Of a stretch of 64,000 nt of DNA, positions 29,854 through 38,616 are shown piece after piece. The notes under the pieces were generated by a model. It had not been told where the DNA came from. It searched no databases and worked only from the letters and a program-made list of their open reading frames with translations. The stretch spans positions 37,921-101,920 of IMG/VR virus record IMGVR_UViG_3300033069_001774; one strand, given 5' to 3'. Both the position numbers and the translations under genes were made by a program. This DNA is from a virus (taxonomy: Duplodnaviria; Caudoviricetes). Every line of letters begins with the position of its first letter. The first letter of the stretch is position 1.

Positions 29854-30521
29854 GTGAACCCCCTCAAAAGGGCTGTCACAGCATTGTGCCTCGAATCATT
29901 TTCTTCGAAGCGCAATGCTGACCACGAACAGCCACCGAGCTTACACTCGTAGGCGTACACGGAAACCGCAGCTTCGCTTGCTGTATAGGTCCGTAGTGCG
30001 CAGGCTTCCTTCGGTGGGTCTATTCGTGAGCAGCGCCCGTCTCGTGCGCCTGCAGCGAATACGGCAAAGTAACGTGCGTCCTGTGCGGCGCAGCAGCAGC
30101 ACACGAAGCAGCAGCGGGTGAAACCGCTGCCGATGTATGCGCTACCGTGGCGGCAACAAAGCGGAAGCCTAGTGCCTGCATCTACTCAACTGCTGATGCA
30201 AAGTGCAGGAACACGAACAACAAGCCGACGACAAGATAAAGAACAGACGGTGGCCTGTGCGCGCCGCGAGTTCGTCGAGACAAGTGACGTAAGCGCGTCG
30301 CATGGCCCCGCCCGTCGTTTTGGCAGCGACGTAAGCGGGTCAAGTAACACGGTGCATTCCGTGCGCTGCCTTAGTGGTTGGGATCTGCAGAATCCAACCG
30401 CTCAAGTTTACACAATGTGCGCCGTGGCGGCACGTCCGCCTAAGTTCCCGAAGGGTGAAAGCCTGCGGTGCGCTCCATTTCCCGGCTAGCCGGCGGCCAT
30501 GCTCTGAGCCGTAATACAGAG
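29854..30521 (+). ncRNA. Candidate large structured non-coding RNA (~650 nt)
   Basis: No convincing ORF; many hairpins and a long-range closing stem (30300-30307/30495-30502); TATAAG at 29843. Confidence 0.45.
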
Positions 30522-30539
30522 AGGACAAGAAAGGCGCAT

Positions 30540-30632
30540 ATGATCATCCTCCCAAACGGACTCGTAATTCTCTGGAACGGCCTCGTAGTCGGCCAGAAAG
30601 AATATCGCGAAATCCTTGAGTCCCGTCGATAA
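30540..30632 (+). CDS. 30-aa peptide MIILPNGLVILWNGLVVGQKEYREILESRR
   Basis: AAGG/GAGGA upstream; below the ORF-track cutoff; followed by 14-bp hairpin. Confidence 0.4.
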   Translation: MIILPNGLVILWNGLVVGQKEYREILESRR

Positions 30633-30644
30633 CGACGGACACCC

Positions 30645-30683
30645 GTGCCCTGAGCAGCGTCCCGTTGGAGCTGCTCAGGGCAC
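30645..30683 (+). terminator. 14-bp perfect hairpin (terminator/processing signal; no U-tract)
   Basis: GTGCCCTGAGCAGC / GCTGCTCAGGGCAC. Confidence 0.45.
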
Positions 30684-30763
30684 CACAAATTTCAGGGTAA
30701 CCACTCCCAAGTAAGGTAAAAAATACACCGCAAGGTCAAACGCAGGAAGAGTGCGTAAAGGAC

Positions 30764-31234
30764 ATGAACGAGAACAGTCTCTTGGAATTAAATAAGCTGG
30801 CATCCAATCCACCAGCAGCGATTACGCACAACACCATCCTGATGAGCGCAGTAGGACTCCAGGATAGCAGACAAAATTTGCTGCGTATGGACCTGGCGGT
30901 GCAGTTGAACACCAACGGCGCCTTTGACATCGTTGGTGGGGCGCACGCTATGTGCGAGGTACGTAGCACGCGGAACTTCGTGGCAGTAGCGCTGGTTGGC
31001 GACGGTCCTGTGTACCGCCTTCGCATCATGCTTGTGCATGGTCGTTGCGAGGTGTTCATAGGCGTACCCGAGCTGCGAGGCAGCAGCGGCGTTGTGCAAA
31101 AACCAATCGTCGGATCTGGGCGGTTGGCTAACACGTTGGTAGAAAGCAGGCTTGACCTTAGCGCGGTGCGTTTCAACGACGCCAAGCATCAGCGCCTGTG
31201 GCTTGCAGCCCACGTCGAAAACGTCGCCGCGTAA
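30764..31234 (+). CDS. Hypothetical protein
   Basis: AAGGAC directly before ATG; 156 aa. Confidence 0.5.
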   Translation: MNENSLLELNKLASNPPAAITHNTILMSAVGLQDSRQNLLRMDLAVQLNTNGAFDIVGGAHAMCEVRSTRNFVAVALVGDGPVYRLRIMLVHGRCEVFIGVPELRGSSGVVQKPIVGSGRLANTLVESRLDLSAVRFNDAKHQRLWLAAHVENVAA

Positions 31235-31288
31235 AAGCGCGACCCCACCAGCAAGTGGTTAAACTACCGCATGGGTGTAACGCCCAGA

Positions 31289-31339
31289 CCCTTTCGGACG
31301 GTAGACGTCCAAAGCGCTCGCTCGGCGCAACCAAGAGCA
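31289..31339 (+). promoter_or_regulatory. Structured leader motif, copy 1
   Basis: CCCTTTC-GGACG-GTAGA-CGTCC-A..15-nt hairpin-AACCAAGAGCA. Confidence 0.55.
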
Positions 31340-31352
31340 CCCCGCAATACAC

Positions 31353-31610
31353 ATGGCCCGCCCCGAATACCAAACCCGCGTCCTCGTCGAAAAAACCGAA
31401 CTGGACGAAAAACGTCAGAAGCTGCAGGGCTTCATCGACGGTGACAAGTTCGCCGAAGTCGACGCCGATGAACAGGACCGCCTGGAGCGCCAGAGCGCTA
31501 TCATGCAGGACTACAGCGACGTCCTCGAAGAGCGCATCACGGCCTTCCCGCCAGAAGATGCCGCTCCTGAAGCTGCCCCTGAAGCTGCCCCTGAAGCAGA
31601 GCCAGCGTAA
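31353..31610 (+). CDS. crAss001_48-like small helical protein
   Basis: 'YQTRVLVEKTELDEKRQKLQGFI...F..VD..EQDRLERQ...MQDYSDVLEERI'. Confidence 0.75.
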   Translation: MARPEYQTRVLVEKTELDEKRQKLQGFIDGDKFAEVDADEQDRLERQSAIMQDYSDVLEERITAFPPEDAAPEAAPEAAPEAEPA

Positions 31611-31658
31611 CCCTACGTGGCCCGCTGCGCTAGTGCGCCTAGACGCAGCGGGCTGCAC

Positions 31659-31708
31659 CCCTTTCGGACGGAATACGTCCACCCGCTGGCCCGGCGGAAC
31701 CAAGGGCA
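31659..31708 (+). promoter_or_regulatory. Structured leader motif, copy 2
   Basis: CCCTTTC-GGACG-GAATA-CGTCC-A.15-nt hairpin-AACCAAGGGCA. Confidence 0.55.
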
Positions 31709-31728
31709 AGGACAAGAACATCACTACT

Positions 31729-32409
31729 ATGAAACACATCAAGACCCTCGGCATCTACGCCGTCAAAGGCCTCATCCTCGCAGCGTTTGCTTTCTGCTTC
31801 CTGCTGCTGTTCATGGACGCCCCAGCCGCAGAGCCCATGGCCCTGCAACCGCCCCCATCTGTTTCTGCGGCCATCACCGCAGCAGAAGGCAAAGCCGCAG
31901 CCGCGGTGATGTCAGGTAAACTGGCGGACGCCAAAGCCTGGGCTGAAGTTGCCATGCAGCTTCGCGCAGGGCAGTACCTGGCACCCTTCGGCGACATCGC
32001 CGGGGACTTCGCCGGACAGATCAAAAACATCCGCAGCTTCATCGGGGCTGCTTCGGATGTGGAAGCGATGAAGCCAGTGGACAGCTGGTACAACAATCGC
32101 TTCAGCACGGCGGCAATGAATGCCGTGTTCATCAAGAATGATCCTGCAGCTCTGAAGCTGGCCCTGTCGCAAGAAGCGACATGGAGTGCCATGCGTCAGG
32201 CGTTTCAGTTCAGCGAGCACGAGAAGAAGATCCCGCTGGCGGCGGCCGATTACCAGGCGCTCTACGTCTGGGTGAGCAACGGCTGCTGGGGTGAACTGGA
32301 CAGCAACAAGGCGCGCGAAGTCGCAAGCCTGCAAGAAGTGCAAGCGGCGATCGCGCCGTTCCGTCCGGGCCTTGCGCCTGCCATCCCCAAGGTAGTGGGC
32401 ACCAAGTAA
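31729..32409 (+). CDS. Membrane-anchored/exported protein
   Basis: MKHIKTLGIYAVKGLILAAFAFCFLLLFMDAPAA hydrophobic N-terminus; the upstream part of the 403-aa track ORF is likely spurious. Confidence 0.6.
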   Translation: MKHIKTLGIYAVKGLILAAFAFCFLLLFMDAPAAEPMALQPPPSVSAAITAAEGKAAAAVMSGKLADAKAWAEVAMQLRAGQYLAPFGDIAGDFAGQIKNIRSFIGAASDVEAMKPVDSWYNNRFSTAAMNAVFIKNDPAALKLALSQEATWSAMRQAFQFSEHEKKIPLAAADYQALYVWVSNGCWGELDSNKAREVASLQEVQAAIAPFRPGLAPAIPKVVGTK

Positions 32410-32423
32410 CAAGGATTGCTCTC

Positions 32424-32469
32424 GGCGGCGCGCAGGTGTTCCCTGCGCGCCGCCCTGCAGTTTACTTTT
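32424..32469 (+). terminator. Probable intrinsic terminator
   Basis: 13-bp GC stem GGCGGCGCGCAGG/CCTGCGCGCCGCC followed by T-rich tail. Confidence 0.55.
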
Positions 32470-32484
32470 AGCTATCTCAACTTT

Positions 32485-33036
32485 ATGCCAAAACTCAAGG
32501 ATATACCCCAATACGTTAATCACCGCAGCTGCTACCACGTAGATGTGGCGTGGCCCTACATGCAGCAAAAATGGATCCCCGCACAGATTGAGGAGGAAGG
32601 GCTACAACTCATTCCGGAGTTTCAGCGCGGTCACGTGTGGACGGAGCAGCAGCAAATCGCATTCGTGGAGTTTAAATTAAGCGGCGGACAATCTGGCGAC
32701 GCCATATTGTTCAACTATCCTTACATGCGAAAAGGCGAGATTGGTCCCGACGTGTATAAAGATTACGTTTTGGTGGATGGGCTGCAGCGGTTAACAGCAG
32801 TGGACCGCTTCCTTAAAAACGAGATTCCCGCATTTGGTAAAAACCTAAATCAGTGGGAAGACGGTGCGGTTTATGTTCGCCACGAAATGCGATGGAGCGT
32901 TTACGTGCACGAGCTGCAAACTGAAGCCGATGTGTTGCAGTGGTACCTGCAACTAAACGCGGGCGGTACGCCGCATTCCAAGGAAGAAATAACACGCGTC
33001 ACTGCACTGCTTGAGAAAGCCAAACAACATGTCTGA
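32485..33036 (+). CDS. DUF262 (ParB/Srx-like, GmrSD N-terminal) domain protein
   Basis: 'IPEFQRGHVW', 'VLVDGLQRLT', 'QLNAGGTP'. Confidence 0.85.
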   Translation: MPKLKDIPQYVNHRSCYHVDVAWPYMQQKWIPAQIEEEGLQLIPEFQRGHVWTEQQQIAFVEFKLSGGQSGDAILFNYPYMRKGEIGPDVYKDYVLVDGLQRLTAVDRFLKNEIPAFGKNLNQWEDGAVYVRHEMRWSVYVHELQTEADVLQWYLQLNAGGTPHSKEEITRVTALLEKAKQHV

Positions 33037-34729
33037 AAAGAAACTGATCATATCCTCGGACCTGTCGCTACCCATCGACACGGTCACACAAACTGTAGGC
33101 ATCCTTGCACGCAAGGGGTCTGGAAAAAGCTACTGCGCCTCTGTCATGGCGGAAGAGATGCTGGAGGTCGGCGCCCAAGTTGTCATCATTGACCCGGTCG
33201 GCATCTGGTTCGGCCTGCGCTCCTCCGCGGACGGTAAGAAGCCTGGCTTCCCTATTCTAATCGTCGGCGGAGACCACGGCGATTTGCCAATGGAGCCTGG
33301 CGCCGGGGAGCTCGTGGCCGACATGGTGATCGATCAGCGCATCAGCATCATCTTGGACCTGTCATTGCTGCGCAAGAACGGACAGCACCAGTTCGTGACA
33401 GCGTTCGCCGAGCGCATTTATCAGCGCAACCGCACGCCGATGCACATCATCTTGGATGAGGCGGACTCCTACTGCCCGCAGAAGCCACAGCACGGCCAGG
33501 AACGCATGCTCGGCGCGATCAACGATCTCGTGCGCCGTGGGCGCGCTCGCGGTATCGGGATGACGCTGATCACCCAGCGCGCCGCGGTCATCAACAAGGA
33601 TGTGCTGACGCAGATCGAGTGCCTGATCTGCCTGCGCATGCTGTCACCGCAGGACCGCGCGGCCGTGGGCGCGTGGGTGGATGCGCACGGGACCGCGCAG
33701 CAGAAGTCGGAGTTTATGGAGTCCTTGGCCAGCCTGCCTATCGGTACCGCGTGGTTCTGGTCGCCGGGATGGCTGCAGGTCTTCAAGAAGATCCGCATCC
33801 GCAAGCGTCGGACACTGGACTCGTCAGGCACGCCGGTGTTCGGCGCGGTAGTCACCAAGGCTGCTACGATGGCTGTCGTGGACTTGCCGGCCGCGCGGAT
33901 CGCCATGGCGGAGACTGTGGAGAAAGCTGAGGCCAATGACCCGGTAAAACTGCGCGCGCAGCTGAAAGCGCAAACTACCATGAGCGACGCGTTGCGCCAA
34001 CAAGCGCTGGATCTGACACGCGACCTCGAGATCACGCGGGAAAACCTACAGATCGCGGAAGACAGGCTGGCTCGTGCGTACGACGCGCCGAGTCCGGAAA
34101 AGCTAGACAAGCTCAGAGCCATACGCGATCAGCTGAATGGGTTCCTGGCGGAGCAACCGAAGGAAACTGCGCCTGAACGCGCCGCTCGCACAGTGCCATC
34201 TCTGCGGGTCTTAGAAATAAAAACACCAGCGCCGCCCACGACAGAGCGCCCAAAGTTTATGCTTTCCGACGCAGGCCTGTCTGGAGGGATGCGGCGCATC
34301 CTTATCGTCTTGGCGCAACGCCCAGGTGTAAATGCTAAACAGCTGGGCGTACGCGCGCAGCTTTCGTCCTCCTCCGGAACGTTTACTACGTACCTGAGCA
34401 CGTTGCGCAGGAAGGGATGGATCACTGGCGGACGCGAAGGGCTGCACATAACCCCCGCAGGTAAAGAAGCACTCGGTGTTTACGAGCCGCTACCTGAGGG
34501 TGCCGCATTGTTCGACTACTGGCGCAACTACCTAGGCGGCGGTAAAGCACGCATTCTGGACGCGCTGCGTGAAAGCTACCCGAACTTGCTTACGCGGGAA
34601 GAGATCGGAAGCCGCGCCAGCATTGCACATACCAGCGGCACCTTTACCACCTACATGAGCGAGCTGCGCACCTTGGAGCTTGTGGAACGCGGCACAGGCG
34701 GTGTCCGCATGAGTCACGAGCTGGCTTAA
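33029..34729 (+). CDS. HerA/FtsK-like (DUF87) ATPase with C-terminal winged-helix repeats
   Basis: Walker A ARKGSGKS, 'VIIDPVG', Walker B IILDEAD, 'RRGRARGIG..LITQR'; two 'SGTFTTY(L/M)S.LR' wHTH-like repeats. Confidence 0.85.
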   Translation: MSEKKLIISSDLSLPIDTVTQTVGILARKGSGKSYCASVMAEEMLEVGAQVVIIDPVGIWFGLRSSADGKKPGFPILIVGGDHGDLPMEPGAGELVADMVIDQRISIILDLSLLRKNGQHQFVTAFAERIYQRNRTPMHIILDEADSYCPQKPQHGQERMLGAINDLVRRGRARGIGMTLITQRAAVINKDVLTQIECLICLRMLSPQDRAAVGAWVDAHGTAQQKSEFMESLASLPIGTAWFWSPGWLQVFKKIRIRKRRTLDSSGTPVFGAVVTKAATMAVVDLPAARIAMAETVEKAEANDPVKLRAQLKAQTTMSDALRQQALDLTRDLEITRENLQIAEDRLARAYDAPSPEKLDKLRAIRDQLNGFLAEQPKETAPERAARTVPSLRVLEIKTPAPPTTERPKFMLSDAGLSGGMRRILIVLAQRPGVNAKQLGVRAQLSSSSGTFTTYLSTLRRKGWITGGREGLHITPAGKEALGVYEPLPEGAALFDYWRNYLGGGKARILDALRESYPNLLTREEIGSRASIAHTSGTFTTYMSELRTLELVERGTGGVRMSHELA

Positions 34730-34732
34730 TGC

Positions 34733-34761
34733 TTGCGAAACTGGATGTCTGCCGCCATTTT
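34733..34761 (+). promoter_or_regulatory. Putative sigma70-type promoter (leaderless)
   Basis: TTGCGA-N17-CATTTT, 5 nt before ATG 34767. Confidence 0.4.
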
Positions 34762-34766
34762 AGCTT

Positions 34767-35816
34767 ATGGACTTTTTGACTGACCAGAACCCCCGGGCGT
34801 TTTACAAGGCAGCAGCCGCGGAACTCTTCCCTGCATTCGCCGTCGACAATTGGACGCAGCCTGAGGAAGTGGAAAGCCTACCGCCCACTGCTTTTGCTGA
34901 CCCTGGCCGCCGGGAGTTTCCTGTGCACACCAAAGTCGCAGCTGTGCTGTCGGCTGTGTACGCTGCCGGGATGCCCCTGTACGCCCCTGACGCAGACACC
35001 GATGTTCCTGCTGTGACCGCACGCATCAAGCAAGCGGCTGAAGTGCACGGTATTGGTGCGGACATCGAACGCGTGTTTGAACACTTCGCAGCCTTCACGC
35101 GCAAGTCTGCAGCTGAGGCTGCACCTGCCGACATGTTCGCATTGCGCACGGAGTCGCTGGCCTGCTACCCGATCGTCACCACCTTTGATGTCTCAGAGAG
35201 CGCACGCGGCATTGACGAGGACTACACGGCAGGCCGTCTGCCTCTGAAGCAGGCGCGTCAGGCAGCGCTGAGCACGATGAAGCGCGCCAGCGCCCTGCGC
35301 ATGGACCTCGACTACTTCACCGACAATGTGCGCCTGCTGGGCGCAGAGAACTTCCCCGACCCTGACATGCTGCGCAAACAAGCCAGCTGGCGCACAAAGC
35401 TTACCGGCGACACGACCTATGAAGAGTCCGCCGAGTTGTTCTGCACAGACTTTTCCGAGGAGGTCAAACAGGCCTGCGCGGACATCTGGCAGGAACTGGA
35501 CGTGCTGCACAAGGTCGACGTGGGGCCATTCACTCCGCCCGTGCCGGCCGTGCTGTTTTCTGGAATGCCCAAAGAACAGTTCAGCAAGCTTGCCAATTCG
35601 TACGTGTGGTTCGGCGAAAACATGGTGCCTTGCCCCATCGTCGCCTCGCTGTCTGAGGAGAGCATCAAACGCGCGTACACCGAAGCCGAGCGCGAAGGTG
35701 TACGTGAAGTGGTCAAAGCCGCGTCTGAACTGCGCGGGGAGCACGCCACTGAGCTGCTGGCCACGTGGGACAAGAGTGCCGTAGCGCGTCTTGCCAGCAA
35801 TCTCCTACAGCAATGA
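34767..35816 (+). CDS. Hypothetical protein with DUF6582-like motif (possibly head-associated)
   Basis: 'LPPTAFADPGRREFPVHTK'. Confidence 0.5.
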   Translation: MDFLTDQNPRAFYKAAAAELFPAFAVDNWTQPEEVESLPPTAFADPGRREFPVHTKVAAVLSAVYAAGMPLYAPDADTDVPAVTARIKQAAEVHGIGADIERVFEHFAAFTRKSAAEAAPADMFALRTESLACYPIVTTFDVSESARGIDEDYTAGRLPLKQARQAALSTMKRASALRMDLDYFTDNVRLLGAENFPDPDMLRKQASWRTKLTGDTTYEESAELFCTDFSEEVKQACADIWQELDVLHKVDVGPFTPPVPAVLFSGMPKEQFSKLANSYVWFGENMVPCPIVASLSEESIKRAYTEAEREGVREVVKAASELRGEHATELLATWDKSAVARLASNLLQQ

Positions 35817-36421
35817 GCGAAGGTGGCCTCAATCGCGATGCGTGCGCCGAGCTGCTCTCCAGCCCGGACTCCTTTGCATTGGTGCTGGCCATCATCGCAG
35901 AAAACGAGCTCGGTATGGACGCCCTGTACGGCACGCCTGATACAGATCCGCTGGACCCCGTCACGATCTACAGCGAGCTGGAATCCCGCTTCGGCGCCGA
36001 GATACCTACCAGCGCCGAGAACCGGCTGCAGGCGGCGATTACGCTGCGCACCACCAGCGCATTTGAAGACACTGTGCAGGGCTTCGTAGCCATCACGCTG
36101 GCGCTGACGGAGGGTCAGCTGGGCGACATGGTGACCGGGGGACTGGAGGAGCCCGACCTAGACGAGTGCGTCTGGGCAAGTTTCGAAGCCAGCTGCATCG
36201 ACACGCAGATGGGGGCGATGTCCCCCGCGGTGGCGCAGTTCCTGCGGGAGCTGGAGATGAACGAGCGGATGGATCCCGAGGAGCACGATGGGAGTGCCGA
36301 AGGCGAAGACTTCATGCAGCAAATGCAAAGCCTCGTCGAGCAACTTACCAAGCTGGGCCTGACGCCTGAGCAGATTTCAGAAATCTGCGCACGCGGGGAA
36401 TCAGCAATTTCAGATGGGTAA
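35813..36421 (+). CDS. Acidic hypothetical protein
   Basis: ATGA overlap at 35813. Confidence 0.6.
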   Translation: MSEGGLNRDACAELLSSPDSFALVLAIIAENELGMDALYGTPDTDPLDPVTIYSELESRFGAEIPTSAENRLQAAITLRTTSAFEDTVQGFVAITLALTEGQLGDMVTGGLEEPDLDECVWASFEASCIDTQMGAMSPAVAQFLRELEMNERMDPEEHDGSAEGEDFMQQMQSLVEQLTKLGLTPEQISEICARGESAISDG

Positions 36422-36611
36422 ACCAAAGCAAAACAAGTTAGCGCGCGCCTTGTCGAAGGCGCACCGGAGCGGAGCGCATGTGGACAGTGTGTTGGGTATC
36501 AACAACCCCAACAGTCGTATGGAGCGCATTGCGCAGAACATGCCCCCGCCCAAGCTGAGCGAGCTGGCGCAGCATCTCGTGGACGTGGCGATCATCCCGG
36601 AAACGGCTTAG
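36414..36611 (+). CDS. Small hypothetical protein
   Basis: Overlapping start; fills gap to terminase. Confidence 0.45.
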   Translation: MGKPKQNKLARALSKAHRSGAHVDSVLGINNPNSRMERIAQNMPPPKLSELAQHLVDVAIIPETA

Positions 36612-38497
36612 CCCATACCAACCATGCCGCGAAAGTCGCCGAGCATTGAGCCGCCTGGAGGATGCGCCGACATACCAGCGAGCTGTCCATAGATGTAGTT
36701 GGCCAGTGACGGGTCGTCGAACACGGGCTCCTTGAGCAGCATGCGGCCCAGCATGAACGCAAAGTTGAATGCGTGCAACGTGTCGTCCGCCTTGGCCGGG
36801 TTGCGGATCCACAGGGAGTACTGGCGTCCCATGCGTGACTCTGACGGCACGCGGAAGGAGTTCAAGAAGTCCTCCAGCATGGCTTTGGTGTAGGCGTTCT
36901 CGTAGCTGTAGCAGCGGATGCGCAGCTTCTTGATCGCGCCGTACAGCTGCGTGATGCTCTCCGTCTTGTTAAGCATGTAGTGCGTCGGGATGAACTGGTA
37001 GGCCGGCTTCTTGATCATCTGCGAATACGGCGTGCTATATTCAAAGACGAAGTGGCGCAGCGGGTTGATGCGCTTATCCCGGTGCAGGTACGTATTATAG
37101 GCGTGCCCCACACCGTAGTCGGAAGCCATGGCGGTGCCGCCCAGGCGTAGGTGGTCTCGGATAATGTTCTCGGCGATCTCGTCGTATTTCATGCCGGAGT
37201 ACCGCTTCATGAGCAGCACGTCGAAAGTCCCGTCAGCCAAGATGCCGAGCACCACGTGCACCGTGTAGGAAGTCTTGGCGGTGCGCGCCATCTGGTAGTC
37301 AGAGCCGCCCCAGTCCATGCCGGAAACGATGAGACGGTACTTGTTGTTCGCCCCGGTGCGCTCCTTCTGAATGTGCTCCATGTGGTCGAAGGGCAGGCAG
37401 CACATGTCCTTCAGGTTCTGCTCGGTCATTTCGCGCTCCCCCTCGGCGACAGAGATCCCGCCGACTTCCTGCAGTGTGCGCGAGTCGCCGAACTGGCAGC
37501 GGTAGTCCCAGATCTTTCGCCACTCCACAGGCGTCATAAAGTCTGGAATGATGAACTGCGGGATGTGGATGCCGAGGATGTTCTTGGCGGCAAGCTCGGG
37601 ACGGGCGTGGGCGAACTCCCCGTTCAGAGGATTCAGAATCAACCTGTCCGTGTAAGGACAAGTCAGCCCTTTTTCTCGGATCATCTTGAGTACGATGTCT
37701 GGATCCGAGCAGTCAATGAACCGCTTACTGTCAGGGCTGCGCATCATCCACACGCCGCCGCTGGACTGCTGGTAGCGGATTTCCAGAGGGCTGTCCACTG
37801 TGGTGGAGGTGCCTGCGTAGATGGTCACCGGGGTCTTAGTGACACGCTGCAACTGATTCGTTTCAGCTTCCAGGCGGATGTCAAAAAGCTGGTACTCGTC
37901 ATAGTCGAGCTCGTCGGCAACTTTACCGCGCATGTGCGCAGCAGAGGTGAGCACGCGGTGCATCTCGATACGCGATAGATTGGGAAACTCTTTCAGGTAG
38001 AGATTGTTTCGAAAGCCCTTGTTGTAGGCGCCGTAGCGGAACAAGCTCTGCATTTCCTGCATCTTCGTGGCAAACGTTTTTACATGGTCCCCGTGCGGCG
38101 CCATGTAAATGGACGTCCAGCGCGGTAGCAGATGCGTGGCCATCAAATTGCGTGCGGACAACGAGGCCGATTTGCCGATCTGCCGGCTGCCCTTCAGCAC
38201 CAGGAACCCACCGAGCAAGAAGGCAAAAATAGGGAAGGCAAAAGGGCGCTGGCCCAGCGACATAGGCACCTCCCGTCCTTTGTCATCCACCCCGCCGAAG
38301 CGCGGGAAGAACCAAGGCAGCAGGAATCCCATGTTGTAAAACGCCGCACGCATGATCTTCATCAGCGCGGTTTGTCGTTTGGAGTCATCCCGCGTGGTGC
38401 CCTCTTGCGCCATCTCGACAGCCAAGCTCTCCATCTTTTCCCGAAACTCGGGGTCGGTTCTTGTGAGTTTGGCCAAATCGTGATAGTGTGGGTCCAT
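36608..38497 (-). CDS. terL: Terminase large subunit (GpA-like)
   Basis: Walker A 'KGSRQIGKS', Walker B 'LDYDEYQ', 'AGTST', nuclease 'GMDWG', C-terminal 'ADDTLHAFNF'. Confidence 0.85.
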   Translation of the reverse strand: MDPHYHDLAKLTRTDPEFREKMESLAVEMAQEGTTRDDSKRQTALMKIMRAAFYNMGFLLPWFFPRFGGVDDKGREVPMSLGQRPFAFPIFAFLLGGFLVLKGSRQIGKSASLSARNLMATHLLPRWTSIYMAPHGDHVKTFATKMQEMQSLFRYGAYNKGFRNNLYLKEFPNLSRIEMHRVLTSAAHMRGKVADELDYDEYQLFDIRLEAETNQLQRVTKTPVTIYAGTSTTVDSPLEIRYQQSSGGVWMMRSPDSKRFIDCSDPDIVLKMIREKGLTCPYTDRLILNPLNGEFAHARPELAAKNILGIHIPQFIIPDFMTPVEWRKIWDYRCQFGDSRTLQEVGGISVAEGEREMTEQNLKDMCCLPFDHMEHIQKERTGANNKYRLIVSGMDWGGSDYQMARTAKTSYTVHVVLGILADGTFDVLLMKRYSGMKYDEIAENIIRDHLRLGGTAMASDYGVGHAYNTYLHRDKRINPLRHFVFEYSTPYSQMIKKPAYQFIPTHYMLNKTESITQLYGAIKKLRIRCYSYENAYTKAMLEDFLNSFRVPSESRMGRQYSLWIRNPAKADDTLHAFNFAFMLGRMLLKEPVFDDPSLANYIYGQLAGMSAHPPGGSMLGDFRGMVGMG

Positions 38498-38616
38498 GTC
38501 TGATGGGAGTGCAGCTGCGTTACTAAACCGCCCGGAGCCACACGTGTTTCCGAGTGCGCGCGTGTCCGGTAATTTCTGGACAGTAATCGACGTCGAGGTT
38601 AAGAAGTCAAATTCTG

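Noticed and set aside
29769-30489. Track ORFs in this interval (extension to 30104, 29915-30121, 30118-30489)
   Set aside because: Atypical composition, no RBS or coupling; they overlap divergent promoter-like signals and hairpins
29854-30521. tRNA, tmRNA, RNase P or hammerhead/twister ribozyme
   Set aside because: Diagnostic motifs (TTCRA T-loop with CCA end, GAGGAAAGTCC, CTGANGA/GAAA core) not found by eye
31561-31600. 12-nt tandem repeat GCTGCCCCTGAA
   Set aside because: Simple AAPE low-complexity protein tail
31198-31728. N-terminal half of the 403-aa track ORF
   Set aside because: Overlaps the recognisable crAss001_48-like gene and structured leaders; real start is likely 31729
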